Part shown: piece by piece, positions 1-13,098 of the stretch
Numbering within the stretch: position 1 is the stretch's first letter
How the letters are laid out: each line of letters begins with the position of its first letter
DNA from: Eledone cirrhosa
Lineage: Eukaryota
Length of the DNA stretch: 64,000 bases
Assembly: GCA_964016885.1 (NCBI GenBank)
Contig: OZ024740.1
Coordinates: 135,842,001-135,906,000, forward strand
Direction: 5' to 3'
The notes under the pieces: model-generated
Told to the model about the DNA's origin: nothing
The model's input: the letters and a program-made list of their open reading frames with translations, nothing else
Databases searched by the model: none
Position numbers and translations under genes: made by a program

Positions 1-263
1 ATAGTATGGAAATCATAAAACAACTTTTAGTTAGTTTCCATTTTATATTTAAATTAATCTCTTCCCATAGTTACCAACTTTAGTGCCAGATAACAGCTCA
101 GTCCCAGTAATAAGATGAGACACACAAGTGAATAAGACTGATATCATATCCAGCACTCACATCATTCCCTAATTTACTTCTTAATTTTTTTTCCCCATTT
201 GTCCAAGCCTTGAAGGATTTTTAATGGTTGGCTGTTAGCTCTAATTTAATGGTATTAAATGAG

Positions 264-449
264 GGCGGTGAATTAGCAGTATCGGTAGAGGGTCGGACGC
301 CATGCTTTGATGCATAGAGTTACGGCCCTTGCCATTCCGAGTTCAAATCCTGTCAAGGTTAACTTTGCCTTTCATCCTTATGGGGTCAATAAAATAAAGT
401 ACCAGTAATGCACTGAGTAATTGCTGGCCTTGTGCCAAAAGTAGAAACA
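264..449 (+). mobile_element. tRNA-derived SINE, family A (central GCCTTTCATCCTTACGGGGTCGATAAAATAAAGTACCAG core)
   Basis: A-box-like TAGCAGTATCGG and B-box GAGTTCAAATCC, then the conserved core and AGAAACAATT tail; flanked by direct repeat ATTAAATGAG (254-263, 450-459). More than 20 related copies in the window, including approximately 3242-3458(-), 3621-3801(+), 9497-9701(-), 22140-22341(-), 29563-29768(-), 34545-34650(-), 46615-46770(+), 47888-48047(-), 48600-48800(+), 56695-56850(-). Confidence 0.9.
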
Positions 450-777
450 ATTAAATGAGTAAGAGATAAATCTCCCACTGGATAGAACATTGATCTTTCT
501 CATACCAATTCCTGGTAGCTAGATCCACTGAAACGTAAAAATAACAGTACAACAAAATAATTACTATACAATTGAACTAAAAACCTCTGAAATGGTAGTC
601 ATATATTCTTTTTGTGGGCTTTCAAGTACTGGACTACAATCCTACTGAGGCACTGCTTTGGGGCTTTTTAGCCAATCATAGCAACCCCAATATTTATTTT
701 AGTTGAGTATACATTTTAAGTCGTCATTTTGACACAACATACATGTGTGTGTATGTATATATCTATGTGTGTGATTA

Positions 778-960
778 TCATCATCATTTTACGTCCACTT
801 TTCCCTGCTTGCAAGGGTGGGACGGGAACTGATTCTGGCTTGATTTCTACAGCTGGATGCCCTTCCTAACACCAACCTCATTTACAGTGAGTGCTGGGTG
901 CTTTTTTTCCGTGGCACCTACACGTCCACTTTACAGTGTGGGCTGGGTGCTTTTTTGCCG
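778..960 (-). mobile_element. SINE/RTE 3'-tail-related repeat ending in (GAT)n
   Basis: Contains TTTCTACAGCTGGATGCCCTTCCTAACACCAACC and a CATCATCAT..ACGTCC tail shared with the RTE 3' UTR at 11378-11560; related pieces near 5620, 13100-13710, 14290-14615, 16465-16930 and 27497. Confidence 0.75.
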
Positions 961-2465
961 TCGCTCCTCCACAACTACTTTGCAGTGGAATGATAGGGAC
1001 CCTAGTCCTATCATCTCATTTCTACAGCTGAGTAAACTGGAGCAATGTGAAATAAAGTGTCTTGCTGAAGGAAACAACACATCACCTGGTATATATGGTA
1101 TATATATATATATATATATAAAAGATGATGATGATGATGATATGTGTTCCTCCTCTTCTGAAGAAGTTGGAATTCTCTTATTTCCAATGTAGTCTGTCTG
1201 CACTTATATGTGACTTATTTTCATTTTTTTCGTGAGACATTCTTCAGTAGGTTGTCCAATCCCTCATACTCTCTCTCTAACACACACACACAATTGGCTT
1301 CTGCCCAGTTTTGTGAAGCAAATTCCACTAACAAACTATTGGTCAACCTGAAGCTATAGTAAAAGGCACTCGCCTACAGTGCTACATATTGAAAATGAAC
1401 CAAGGATGATGTAGTCGAAAAACAAACTTCTTAATCATGTACCCATACCTACATCTGCACGATATTCACTCAAGCTTTTCACATCTCCCACTTATAAACT
1501 AATGAGATTTCATATTTTATATATTTATGAGACTAAAGAATGAAAGTAAACCCAAAGACAGTTGATTCTCTGACTCAGTTCTAGTTCTCAGCTGTAGTAG
1601 TTTCTCTAATACTTCTGAGAACAGCAAGAATTTAATTACTCTTATAACCCTTTTTTTATTGCTTAGTCAGAATGAAGGATGTTGTTCTCAAACCAGAAAG
1701 CTGACCCAGATGCTTGAAACAGTGGATTCCACTAAAAGCACCCAAGAGCCCGAAGTTGTTTTGAATCAGGTGACAGATTAAGTCTACCACCGAAATAGGC
1801 CATGCTTGGATTTGAACTGAGACTGTAAACAGTTGGAACAAATCCCATAATGCATCCTGTCCAATACTCTACCAATTATGTCAGTCTACCATAAAAAACT
1901 CGTACTATATTTATCGACCTTGGTGGGACTTGAACTCACAATGCAGAGAGCCAGAATAATCACAAGGCATTTCATCCAGTGCAAGAAATCAACAATATTA
2001 ACGCAGGAGGATATTGAATGGGGTTAAAGGTTAAGACAGCTCAACCTAAGGAAAAGTACAAATATAACATTCTTTCAAGCAAAGAAAAAAAACAAAAAAA
2101 ACAATTTTTTTCTTTCAGAACTAATGATAAACAAATTTACAATTCTATCAATTTCCTCTAGTTAAAGCTGACATATTAGATATAGATATAAAAATAATAA
2201 TTTTTTCCATTACAGAAACAATATATCCATAATCTGTTCAGACATGTTGGGAAAACAAACAGTTGGAATTAATTGGGTAGCAAAATTCAAAGTGTTTTTT
2301 TACAGACGGAAACAAGTGTAAGACTAGATCAAAAACTGAGCTAAAAAACTGTGCTAAATGGCACTAATGGAGATTTAAGACAGAGGCTGAATGTAAAGGA
2401 AGCTGTTAGACTCATTCCTGTAGTTTAGTGCCAACAACAGATGTTACTATAATCATCAGCAGGAT

Positions 2466-2607
<142 letters not shown>

Positions 2608-2800
2608 AATTTTAGGTATTGCTCAAAGTTTAGATTGTACAGCAAGGGGTAAGAAGATTCATGAAGCCACTAAGACTACTAATGCTGCTGCTGTAGCAAA
2701 CATTGCCACCCTCACCACCACATTTATGTTTAACATTCTGAAAAAGGATATTGAATATCAGAGATTATTTTTCTTAACCTTTTCATTACCATATTTAATA

Positions 2801-2834
<34 letters not shown>

Positions 2835-4072
2835 CTGCCTATAATTTACAAATCATTTTGAAAATAATAATGGATTTGGAGTGATTGTTAAGTTGGTGTT
2901 TGGAGTATAACTTAAAGGTTCTTATATGAAAGGATTTTAGATAAACAAACACTTTATCCCTTTAGAATTTAAACCGGCTGTATCTGGCCAGAATTCTCTC
3001 ACCTCTTTCTGTTCAAACCAGCTGTAACTGGCCACTCATACTGATGTTAAGGTATTGTTTCCAAATAAATAATATCAAAATCTCATAGATTCGATACCAT
3101 GGGAGATAATTATGTGATAAGTGTTTACCGTGATAATATAATTATAAATATAGAGAAATGTAAATGCTAAAAGGTTAAAATGCAGTTTTGTATAGTAGAG
3201 CCAGGAATGGTTTGGTATAAAAAGTGTTAAAATAATAACAATAATTGTTTCTAATTTAGGTACAAGGCCAGCAATTTTGGGGGAGGGTAAAGTATTATTA
3301 TCGACCCCAGTGTATTACTGGTGCTTTATTTTATCAACGCCGTAAGGATAAAAGGCAAAGTTAACCTCAGCAGGATTTGAACTGAGAATGTAAAGGGCCA
3401 TAACTATGCTACAAAGCATGGTGTCTGACGCTCTACTGATGCTGCCAATCCACCACACTGAAATAATAATAATAATGGTTTCTAATGTAAGTACAAGGCT
3501 AGCAGTTTGTGATTAACACACTCACCTGGCATCTGAGAGATGCAGGGCTTCTTTCCTCATAGGTGTGTCTATTTTTTACCATTATTAGGGGTACTTTATC
3601 CTATTTTCTCAACAACTATATTGGCAGTATCGGTAGAGGGTTGAACGCCATGCTTTCTAGCATAGTTACGTCCCTTTACAGTCTGAGTTCAAATCCCGCC
3701 GAGGTTAACTTTGCCTTTCATCCTTACGGGGGTCGATAAAATAAAGTACCAGTAATGTACTGGGTAATTGCTGGCCTTGTGCCAAAAGTAGAAACAATTA
3801 TTTATAATGATTGATTATTATTATGGCTATTTGCATTGAGACACTCACTTTTCAAAAGAAAGAATTGGTGACCAGCACCTCCATAGCCTATGGGTTAACA
3901 CATTCGCCCAGCATCTGAGATGTGTGGGGTTCGATTCCTTGCAAGCAGCTCTGTACACGTGTTTCTGTTTCCAGGGGTACTTTACCTAATTTTCTCAACT
4001 ATCATTTATAGTATTTGACTATTATTATAGTCATTTGTGGTGAGAGGTGCATATTTAAAATATCTAAAGTCT

Positions 4073-4330
4073 TAAGCCAGAAGGCTCGTTGGGCTGGTGC
4101 TTATCCCAGTTTCTTGGTGTGAAGCGACTGAGAATACAAGACTCCCCCTGGACAGGACGCCAGTCCATTGCAGAGTTAAATCCCCAGCTGTTGCTGGTAC
4201 TCATTTTCAGCTGAGTATACTGGAGCAATGTGAAATGAAGTGTTTTTGCTCAAGAACACAACATGTCCAGGAATCGAACATATAACATTAAGATTGTAAG
4301 TCCAACACCCTTACCACACACCTTCACATA
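4073..4330 (-). mobile_element. tRNA-derived CORE-type SINE
   Basis: Minus strand has GTTCGATTCC, then TTGAGCAAAAACACTTCATTTCACATTGCTCCAGTATACTCAGCTGAAAATGAGTACC; related copies at about 1010-1090(-), 43926-44045(+) and 52634-52920(+). Confidence 0.7.
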
Positions 4331-4374
4331 TTTGAAATATACATACATATATATATAAAATTATCATCATCATA

Positions 4375-4520
4375 AAGTGGAAAGTGCTGGTGGATAAGGA
4401 AGTCAGAACCAGTTATGCAGATACTATTGCATCCAAATTCAGAGAATTCCCTGAGCAAACTGAGGAAGTTGAAATGGAGTTGAGATTGTTCAGCTCAGCA
4501 ATTTCTGCTTCAGCTGTGTC
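4375..4520 (+). pseudogene. RTE-clade ORF fragment (EN-RT linker)
   Basis: WKVLVDKEVRTSYADTIASKFREFPEQTEEVEMELRLFSSAISASAV resembles the linker of Expander/Rex3-type RTE ORFs (recognised by eye). Confidence 0.45.
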
Positions 4521-4589
4521 TGTGATTGTGATTGTGTATGTGTGTATGCAAAAAGCAAACAGAAATAAAGTAAATGACACAGTACAATG

Positions 4590-5345
4590 AAAAAATATAA
4601 TAGTTTTGCTCTTGATATAATAGGAAAAGAGCCATAATGTTTCAGATGCTAGTCCTTCATCAGAAAATTGAATGAGAAATTAAAGAAGAAATAGGAAGAG
4701 GAGAGTGGGCAGTGGCAGACATGAAAAAAAATTTCTTTGAGAAAAAATGGGTCTATTCAAGTACACCATCTCTTGGTAAACTTAATTCTGGCGTTGGTGT
4801 ACAAGAAAATCAGAATTAGGGGATGAATGTGCATACATATGTGTGACAGCAGATGAGGTAGGGGTGACAGTGGCTAGGGGTATAGAAGTGCGAGCGTATG
4901 TGTGCAAGATTAAGAAAATAATTGGGGAGAGCAGTTGAGTCCATAAGAGAAACTGGACCCAAGGTGGAAAATCAGAAGGAACTGCGTACCAGGTCTTGGA
5001 GATAACAGGTGCACTTAAAGGTGGTGATGGGTGGGTTGGAAAGAAGTGAGAAATGACAGGGTTCAGAAGCAAAGGAGGATGTAATGCTGGAGAGGTGGGG
5101 GTGAAGGGAATGGAAGGCGGGTATTGGGGCACAGTGGAGGGGTAAGAGGGCTGTAGTACAGTTGCTTTCAAGGATGCTGGTGAGGGAAATTTGGATCACA
5201 GTGGGAGATATCCACACTGGATAAATCGGGAGGCCATATGTTAGGACTGGGTCTCAAAATCATGGCCCTGGCTACAGAGCCAACAAAGTCTGAGGAATTG
5301 CGAGTAGGGTATGGAGAGTTTGATATGGGTGGGCTGGGAGGTGGT
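4590..5345 (-). mobile_element. Decayed Penelope-like element 3' fragment with degenerate hammerhead motif
   Basis: Frame-shifted peptide HPHLSSITS...LLSNPPITTFKCTCYLQDLVRSSF matches the PLE RT-to-GIY-YIG linker pattern (YHP...PxxAF(R/K)RxxNLxDxLVRS); CTGATGA..GAAAC motif downstream at 4635-4663 on the same strand. Confidence 0.6.
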
Positions 5346-8300
5346 GAAATCTCTCTCTCTCAAATATATATATTTCATTAGTGCAATATTGTTAAGCATG
5401 AAATGGCTCTATTTTCTGTCTTTAAGGTTGAGAGTTCAGTTGTTTTGTTTATGCCAATACTAATAATTATATTACTTAAGAAAAATAGCTATAATGAGAT
5501 TGAAGATTTTTTATTGCTGAGAATTAGCTCTACTCTATGATGACTACTTAACACAATGTCTTTAGCTATGTGAATAGTGAATCACTACAGACTCATAAAG
5601 GAATATCTATAAAGTGGGTGGTCTTAGGATGGGCATTCAGCTATAGAAACCATGAGCAAGACATGGTATCGGAATGGTTTTGTCTCAGAGTATAATGGCC
5701 TTTCCATCCTATGCCAGCATGGAAAGCAGACGTAAAATGATGGTTATCGATAAAATAAAATACCAGCTCAGGGAGGTGAATCAGCAGAATTGTTAGAGCA
5801 TTGAAGGAGATGCCTTGTGATATTTTTGGTCTAGCTATTTGTATTTCAAGTTCAAATCTTTCTGGCCTAGTTGGATGGTAAATTTAATCCATCACCTGAT
5901 TTAACACCACCATCAAGTTCTTGGTTGCCTTTAGCAGAGTCCATCTTTTTGCATTCAAATTAGGGTTCTGGTTTGGGAATAACTTCTTCAAGGTGATGGG
6001 CACTGGCCTTCCTTCTATGACTTAAAAAGGTAGAAAATGCATACATAACTGAATTAACTGTTAAGATGCAAATATATATATTAAACATAGAATCAATTGG
6101 AAATCGAAAAAACAAAAAAATAAAAACAAAAAATAAAAACAATGGATCACTGACAGGTCTTGAGCCATATTATTATAATCTATGGATTTCTAAACTGAAC
6201 ATCCACATTAATCTCATCAGTCTGCAATGATCTTAAAAGAGAAATTTCTATTAACTAGGATTTTTTTCAACACACTGACATGTATGTGTATATATGCATA
6301 CATTTATATAAACGAGGAAACACAGACATACATTCACACAAACACACACATACATTCACACATATACACAGCATAACAAATGGAACGCAGCTGCTATTTT
6401 GCTAGAGTTTTTACATCCCCCTCCCCTGCCTTCCTTTTACACACACAGACAGCAGATGTAAAGAGAGAGAAATAGTAAGAGGTAGTCAAACAACAACTCT
6501 CTCAACGTGTTGTGACAGAATCACAGAAATTTATATATAGATTAAGAATTTTTTTATTTTTGACTTTCTTATTCACCTTTTAACCTATTTGGCCAAATTG
6601 GTTACATGAGGTGATGATGATGAGGCCCATTATTTCTGGCCAAAGACATCCATAACAATTTTTTATATGTAAAAATCTATCAATAATCTGGAAGCTTGGT
6701 TAGGCTATGCTAATAAGGTCTAATAAACCAAAATATGTCTATAGTTAGCCCTTGCCTACAAACAAAGATCAGGTTCTTCTTTCCCTAAGCATGTAAATTA
6801 ACTAAAAAAATTAATTCTTAATTTCTAAAAATTATCTCCCTTTTTCTTTGAGATTCCCTAAAAACTGCTGCTCAGTTTATATTTTCTTTCTCTGACTATG
6901 AAGGAAATTTCAATTAAGATCTATTTTGCATATAGCATCCAGTACACCATTTAACTTTATCAATATATCTTTCATTCGCTGGCTGATGGTATGACTGATA
7001 ACACTACAGGGAGTCTGCCACACCCTCTTTTCAAATTAGGTGCTTAGAAAAAAAAATTAGATTAAGTACCTAATTTGAGAAGATGGAATGGCAGACCCTC
7101 TGCAGTGTAGTTGGTAGTGCATTACCAATTACACCTCAGAGAGTCTACCAAGCAATAGATATGTGATTAGAGTCCCATTAGTAAGACTTACTTTCGTTCT
7201 GTTTAAGAATAGTGCTTTTAATAGTTTAATGAATATCATTGTTGGAATGAAGAGAAAGAAACTTGAAAGAGGTAAAAATAATAATTTATATAACAGCAAT
7301 AGTAGTAAAGATAAGACTGGGCCCATATCATTAAAGTATTCTAGAAACCTCCTATGAGATGTAACTTCATAGGAGGTTGGTGAAACTTATGCAGCTGTGA
7401 ACTGTAACAACAACAATAATAATAGCAAATGGTATTTATATTTGTACTAAATTATGCACAGTGCTAACTGAATATATTCGCTTTTAAGATCTGTTTATTC
7501 ATGATTAGTATATGCACAGCAATAAAGCAATAAAGGAAATGGCTCTGCCTCAGCATGTAGCTAAGTGTATAAAGGTAAGAAGTTAATGCTATGTAAACAG
7601 AATAGTTTATGAAAAGCCTAGGCAGAAATAGAGTGAATCAACAAAGATTGATTGCAGTTTTGACTCTAAGAATATGGGTTACAAGTAACAGGCTGTGAGC
7701 AACTAATATATTGTTTTGATTCGAGACTTGATCAGTCAGTCTATTATAGAAAAATAAGTAGGTTGCAGTATAGTTGATAATGTAATTGCTTTTGAGTACA
7801 CAGAGAGAAACAGAGAATCAAGGAGATGGTATTAGTGTTAGGTATTGATGAAATAAAAATTCTCAATTAAAATCACAATCAAAATACTTTAAAACAGAAC
7901 AAGTAAACACTTATAATAATCTGAGATTTTATAATTTGTTAGTTTAACCTTGAATTGTCAACAGAATTTCCAGTGACCACCATGGAGGTTTATTCTCAAC
8001 ATTTAAAAACAAAAATACACTGATTATTTATAAGTTTTTGTTGCTATTTATCCTCAGTTCATCTGTAACTAAGGAGATCCATGATCAAAGGTATTCCATT
8101 CCTGACCAATGGTGTCACAGTTTCTTTATACAGTGTATCTAGGACTACCATTATCCAATAAATTCTTTTTTTTTAGTTAAGACACATGGCCTAGTGGTTA
8201 GCTCTCATCTAACCCAATGTTTCTCAAGGTGGGGTTTAACACCCCACAAGTGGGGCATGGCAACATAAGGTGGGACATGGAACTTTAGAAGGGGATGTGT

Positions 8301-8599
8301 ATATTATGCTATATACTAACTTTGTCCTATCATGGTGGGATGCATGAATTACTTTGGGAAATTGATGTGAAGCATGGGACACAAAAAATAAATTGTGCAA
8401 CACTTGTCTAACCCATGCAAGCATAGAAAAATGGAGATAAAAATGGTGATGATGTTCCTCATTTCTTTAAGAGAGAGTAAAGTGTGATTTGAGGGCGATA
8501 TAATTACTATTGATAGCAGCTTGAACAACCATATAGAGGCTTCCTCATTAGTTCACCAATAAATAAAGGTCTTAGATAAAGAAACATAATACACTTCAA

Positions 8600-8842
8600 T
8601 TTTAACTGTAGTATGTCTTAAAGACAGTCATTTCAACTGCAGTATATCTTAATGATGGTCATTTTAACTGCAGTGTATCTTAATGATGATCATTTTAACT
8701 ACAGTATATCTTAAAGGTGGTCATTTTAACTGCTGTATATCTTAATGTTGGTCATTTTAACTGGAGTATAGCTTAATGATGGTCATTTTAATGGTAGTAT
8801 ATGTTAAAGACGGTCATTTTAACTGGAAAATATCTTAAAGAT
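8600..8842. repeat. 31-bp minisatellite, about 8 units
   Basis: Unit TTTTAACTGCAGTATATCTTAATGATGGTCA repeated in tandem with substitutions. Confidence 0.9.
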
Positions 8843-8930
8843 AATATAAGATTTTAATATGTAAAAATAGACTACTTTAATAAGTTGATTATTTCATTAA
8901 ACATTCCATATGATTTGATTATTTTCAAAA

Positions 8931-9128
8931 TTAACCTTTTTTATACCAACCTGTCCAAAACTACACATCTTAACAAATTTCTATTTAGGCTAAAACTGTC
9001 CAACGTAATTTTCTATAAGGATTTTTTGATAAACTTCAGTTGTTTCAAATATCATTAAATCCCCTTAAATTCATTAATTAATTCAAATACAATGTATTTC
9101 ATTAGAAATATGGTAATTAAAGGGTTAA
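8931..9128. mobile_element. piggyBac-like MITE (TTAA-CC(C)TTTT...AAAGGG-TTAA)
   Basis: TTAA at both ends with CCTTTT/AAAGGG termini; same family at about 2774-3230, 19115-19329, 27797-28030 and 29394-29860. Confidence 0.6.
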
Positions 9129-10902
9129 AATCAAAATGTATTCTTGTTGAGAATATACTGAGAAAAGGGTTCAAAGGAAATACAACAGAAATAATAGTGG
9201 TTAGCTCTCGTCTAATTTCATCATTTCAGGTTCCAATTTCTAAATTTACTAATCTACCAAAATAGGTATTAGTAATGTAATGATTTTTAACATAGATACA
9301 AGACCAGACATTTCAGAGGGGAAGGGAAGATTCGATTATAACGACCCCAGTAATTGATTCGTACTTTATTTTATGGAACCAGGAAATATGAACGGCAAAG
9401 TATGTGAACATAGAATCTAAAGGGACATAACTAAAAATCTCAAGGCTGACACTAACAATTCCACCAATCCTCCACCCTCTATGTAGCAGTAATATAATGA
9501 TTTCTACTATATGCACAAGGTCAGCAGTTTGGGGAAAGGGGAAAGTTGATTAAATTGACCCCAGTGTATTAATGGTGCTTTATATCATAAATTCTGTAAG
9601 GCAAAACTAACCTCGACAGGATTTGAACTCGGAACGTAAAGGGCCATAACTATGCCGCAAAGCATAGTGTCTGACGCTCTACCGATTCTGCCAATCCACC
9701 CGACATCAATTGAGTGGATTATATCACTTCATCTATTACAATTCACTTTGTGACAAAATAAAACAAAGCAATATTTAGATAGTGTCATTTCTCTGTTAAC
9801 ATTATTTGGATAGATGTAAAAAAGACTAAATATTTACATGGATTATTGGAGCAGTTGAAAGTCACAAAGGGGTCTGATTTGTTTAATGTGCGAGTTCAGT
9901 AACCAAACAGTGAAGGCCTTGTATCTTATATCTGGCACTCTTTTGCATTTAATTATCAATTGCTCAAGTTTATCTAGCTATAAATAGGCCCCATGTGAAA
10001 ACACAGCTTGCTTCTGTATATAAATAGAAGAGAGACATTATAAATGTCAAAGATTTCATTAAATTGCAGTGCTAAACCTAACCCCTGCACCCCTACCAGA
10101 CATCATATACATAATAGTTTGGTGTGTTATACAAGGAAAAGAGAGAAGTATCTCTCAAAACATTTAATATAAGTCCAAGTGTATGGAACTTAGCAATCCA
10201 CAGGGCTGATATACAGGGATTGTGCCTAGGTATTTAGTGTCCTAGGCTAACTCTATAATGTGTGCCTGTTTAGTAAGCTGAAAAACCTAGTTTTTGACAC
10301 TCCTTGTTCTGACCATGCTAAGAAAATAACTAAGCCTGAATTTTCCACTACACAATCTTCTCATAGAACACCATAGAACCTTCTTCACTGCATTGAATAT
10401 TTCCTCAACACTGTTCAGGGAGTTATACACAAGCTACTATTGTGGGAACCAACGTACAGAAGACACAGTAGATGAAGACTTGCTTGAACTTACATCGATC
10501 AACTCTCAGATGATAAAAACCTTAGTAGGGAGTAGTTGCCAGGAGCAATGGAAAATTGTGAATTGTGGAGGGACTTAGTCAGGAATGTTCAACTGTGGCC
10601 ATGATGATGATGATTATGAGCTCCAAGTCAGTACTGACTGAACAAATCTACGATGAAAGTTGTTCCAACTCATGACTATTCCATCTTTTTGTTTTTAAAT
10701 TAAAATTTACATTCATAATGTAGATATATTTATTTAAGATGGTAGAGAAATTTCACTGTTACTTCTGGATGTAGTTTCTCATACAAAGCCATTATTCTGA
10801 GAAAGGAAGAATAGCACACAATTTTTTTTTCATAAAGCTAAACTAAAACAATTTGTAGAGATGTGCGTTAACTAATGGCAGTAGTCCCGAGACTAAGCTT
10901 TT

Positions 10903-10958
10903 ACAGTAAGCATATAGTCTAAACACAGTAAGCATATAGTCTAAACACAGTAAGCATG
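10903..10958. repeat. 22-bp tandem repeat, about 2.5 units
   Basis: ACAGTAAGCATATAGTCTAAAC repeated. Confidence 0.85.
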
Positions 10959-11377
10959 GAGTCTTAAGTGTTGCTAACTCTCAAAGATTGGACAAGAACC
11001 AGTGTCTTGTATAAGAAATAAAACTTTAAAAATAACAAAAAACAAACACACCAAAAACCCATCGAAAATAGTGGTAAATACAAAACAAATAATGGTTCTT
11101 CTTTACCACAATTGATTATCAAAGCTTAAAGAAGTTAAGCAAAGTATCTTAAGTTGTAAAACAGTGGCAGCATTAAATATTTATCTGCTATAACAATGTA
11201 CTGTAAAGATAAGATATTAAAAAAACAACCAGAGAAAATCTCGGATTATTTTAGATTTCAGATAATTGTCGAAATAGTTTTTTTTTTTAGATGTGTGTGT
11301 ATTTATACATGCCTGTCTGTATGTACAATTAATATATATTTAGCTACATATGTGTGGGTATATATATATATAATTTC

Positions 11378-12895
11378 ATCATCATCATCAGGTTTAGCGT
11401 CCGTGTTCCACGCTTGCATGGGTTTGGACGGGGGTTTTCCCACTTGAGGCAAGAGTGGTTGTCTTGCTCGCATAGGACTGTCTGGTGGGTTTTCTACAGT
11501 TGGATGCCCTTCCTAACACCAACCACATTTACAGTGTGGGGCTGGGAGGTTTTTACCGTGTTGCCTACACGGCCACATTTACAGCGTGGACTGTGTGTTT
11601 TTTGTCGTGACACCTACACGATCTCATTTGTTTCGGCCTGGATGTTGTGGGACCAACATAACTTTACATTGAAAGGGGCGGTGTGGGTGGGGTGGTGGGA
11701 CGGGGGTGTGTTTTGATAGAGATGCCTACTGACTGTAGTAGGTTTTTACTTTGTATTTAGGTAAGGCGGGTCTTCTCTATTACTGAGTACCGCCAAAGGT
11801 CTCGGTCCAGTGACATTGTCTTGGAGAGGTGTAAGCGTGTGAGGTCGGAATTTATCAGCTCGTCCCATGTTTTTCTGGGTCTGCCTACTCCGTGGCTACC
11901 GTCTATCTTTATTGCCCTGCACTTTGTTATACAGCTGTCGTCTTTCATGCGCATCACGTGACCGTACCAACGTAGCCTTCTCTCGAGTAAACAACATCTG
12001 ATCCCTCTTATTTCTAATTTTTTCCTTAGTTCGTTTATGCTTTGCCGTTCATGTATATTACTATTGCACATCCAGCGGAGCATGCAAGCTTCGTTCCTCT
12101 CTAGTCTGCGTATATCCTCTGCACACAATGCCCAGGTCTCACTGCCATGCAGCATTGCTGTTCGTATGCAGGCATCGTATAACCTGCCTTTCATTTTTAG
12201 GCAGAACCCTCTAGCGGCTAATAGTGGTATAAGCTCTCTGAACTTTTTCCATCCAGTTCTGACTCTAGCTACTGTACTTTCAGAGCACCCTCCCCCACTG
12301 CTGATTTTGTCACCCAGATAACGGAAGCTGTCCACTATTTCTATAGAACCCTCTGCGCAGTTGAAGGAGCTAGTATTTTGTGGGCACTTGCTGCTACTTA
12401 TTGCACCAGAGCACCGGCCACATGTAAAATCTATGTTCTTAGTTAGCTTACCTGTGATCCCACTACATCTTTTATGCACCCATACTTTGCATTTGGGACA
12501 TAAAATGGAGTTTCTACCTACGCCTTTCGTACACACTGAGCATGGCCATTTCCCAGATGGGACCGCCGCCTTATTTTCTTTCCTACAAACTAGAACTTTA
12601 GTCTTAGCGAGGTTAATTTTAAGGCCTTTTGATTCTAGGCCGTGCTTCCATGTTTGGAATTTCTTCTCTAGTTCGGTCATTGATTCAGCTATGAGCGTTA
12701 GATCATCTGCGTATAGGAGTTCCCATGGGCAGCCGGTCTTGAACTCCTCTGTTATAGCCTGAAGGGCAATAATAAATAGTAGGGGGCTAAGAACAGAGCC
12801 CTGATGGACACCAACTTTTACGCTAAACTCTTCACTATATTCGTTGTTAATTCTAACCTTACTGACTGTTTCTTTATACATGGCTTGTATAGCTC
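11378..12895 (-). mobile_element. 5'-truncated RTE-clade LINE (copy 1) with 3' UTR and (GAT)n tail
   Basis: RT motifs GVHQGSVLSP, YADD, FRYLG, RRLRWYGHVMR, GRPRKTW; 3' UTR ends in GATGATGATG next to (TA)n. Confidence 0.95.
11757..12881 (-). CDS. RTE reverse transcriptase C-terminal half with PHD-like C4HC3 insert (truncated)
   Basis: 374-aa uninterrupted ORF with the motifs above plus CSVC-x10-CPKC-x4-H-x2-C-x14-CGRC; no endonuclease domain. Confidence 0.9.
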   Translation of the reverse strand: MYKETVSKVRINNEYSEEFSVKVGVHQGSVLSPLLFIIALQAITEEFKTGCPWELLYADDLTLIAESMTELEKKFQTWKHGLESKGLKINLAKTKVLVCRKENKAAVPSGKWPCSVCTKGVGRNSILCPKCKVWVHKRCSGITGKLTKNIDFTCGRCSGAISSSKCPQNTSSFNCAEGSIEIVDSFRYLGDKISSGGGCSESTVARVRTGWKKFRELIPLLAARGFCLKMKGRLYDACIRTAMLHGSETWALCAEDIRRLERNEACMLRWMCNSNIHERQSINELRKKLEIRGIRCCLLERRLRWYGHVMRMKDDSCITKCRAIKIDGSHGVGRPRKTWDELINSDLTRLHLSKTMSLDRDLWRYSVIEKTRLT

Positions 12896-13098
12896 TCTTT
12901 ATATATAGTTATATATGTATGTGTGTGTGGGTATGTGTCTCTCTATATATATATATATATATTATACAATTCATATAAATATAGTTATATATGTATATAT
13001 GTGTGTGTACAATAAATATATATTTAGCTACATATGTATATAAATATGTGTGTGCATTCAATTCATATAAATTAGTTGTATATGTATGTGAGTGTGTG

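Noticed and set aside
264-449. tRNA genes
   Set aside because: All A/B-box heads continue into SINE bodies and lack a proper cloverleaf.
1660-1710. GTCAG..ATGAAGG..GAAAGCTGAC hammerhead look-alike
   Set aside because: CUGANGA is not intact and there is no convincing stem II.
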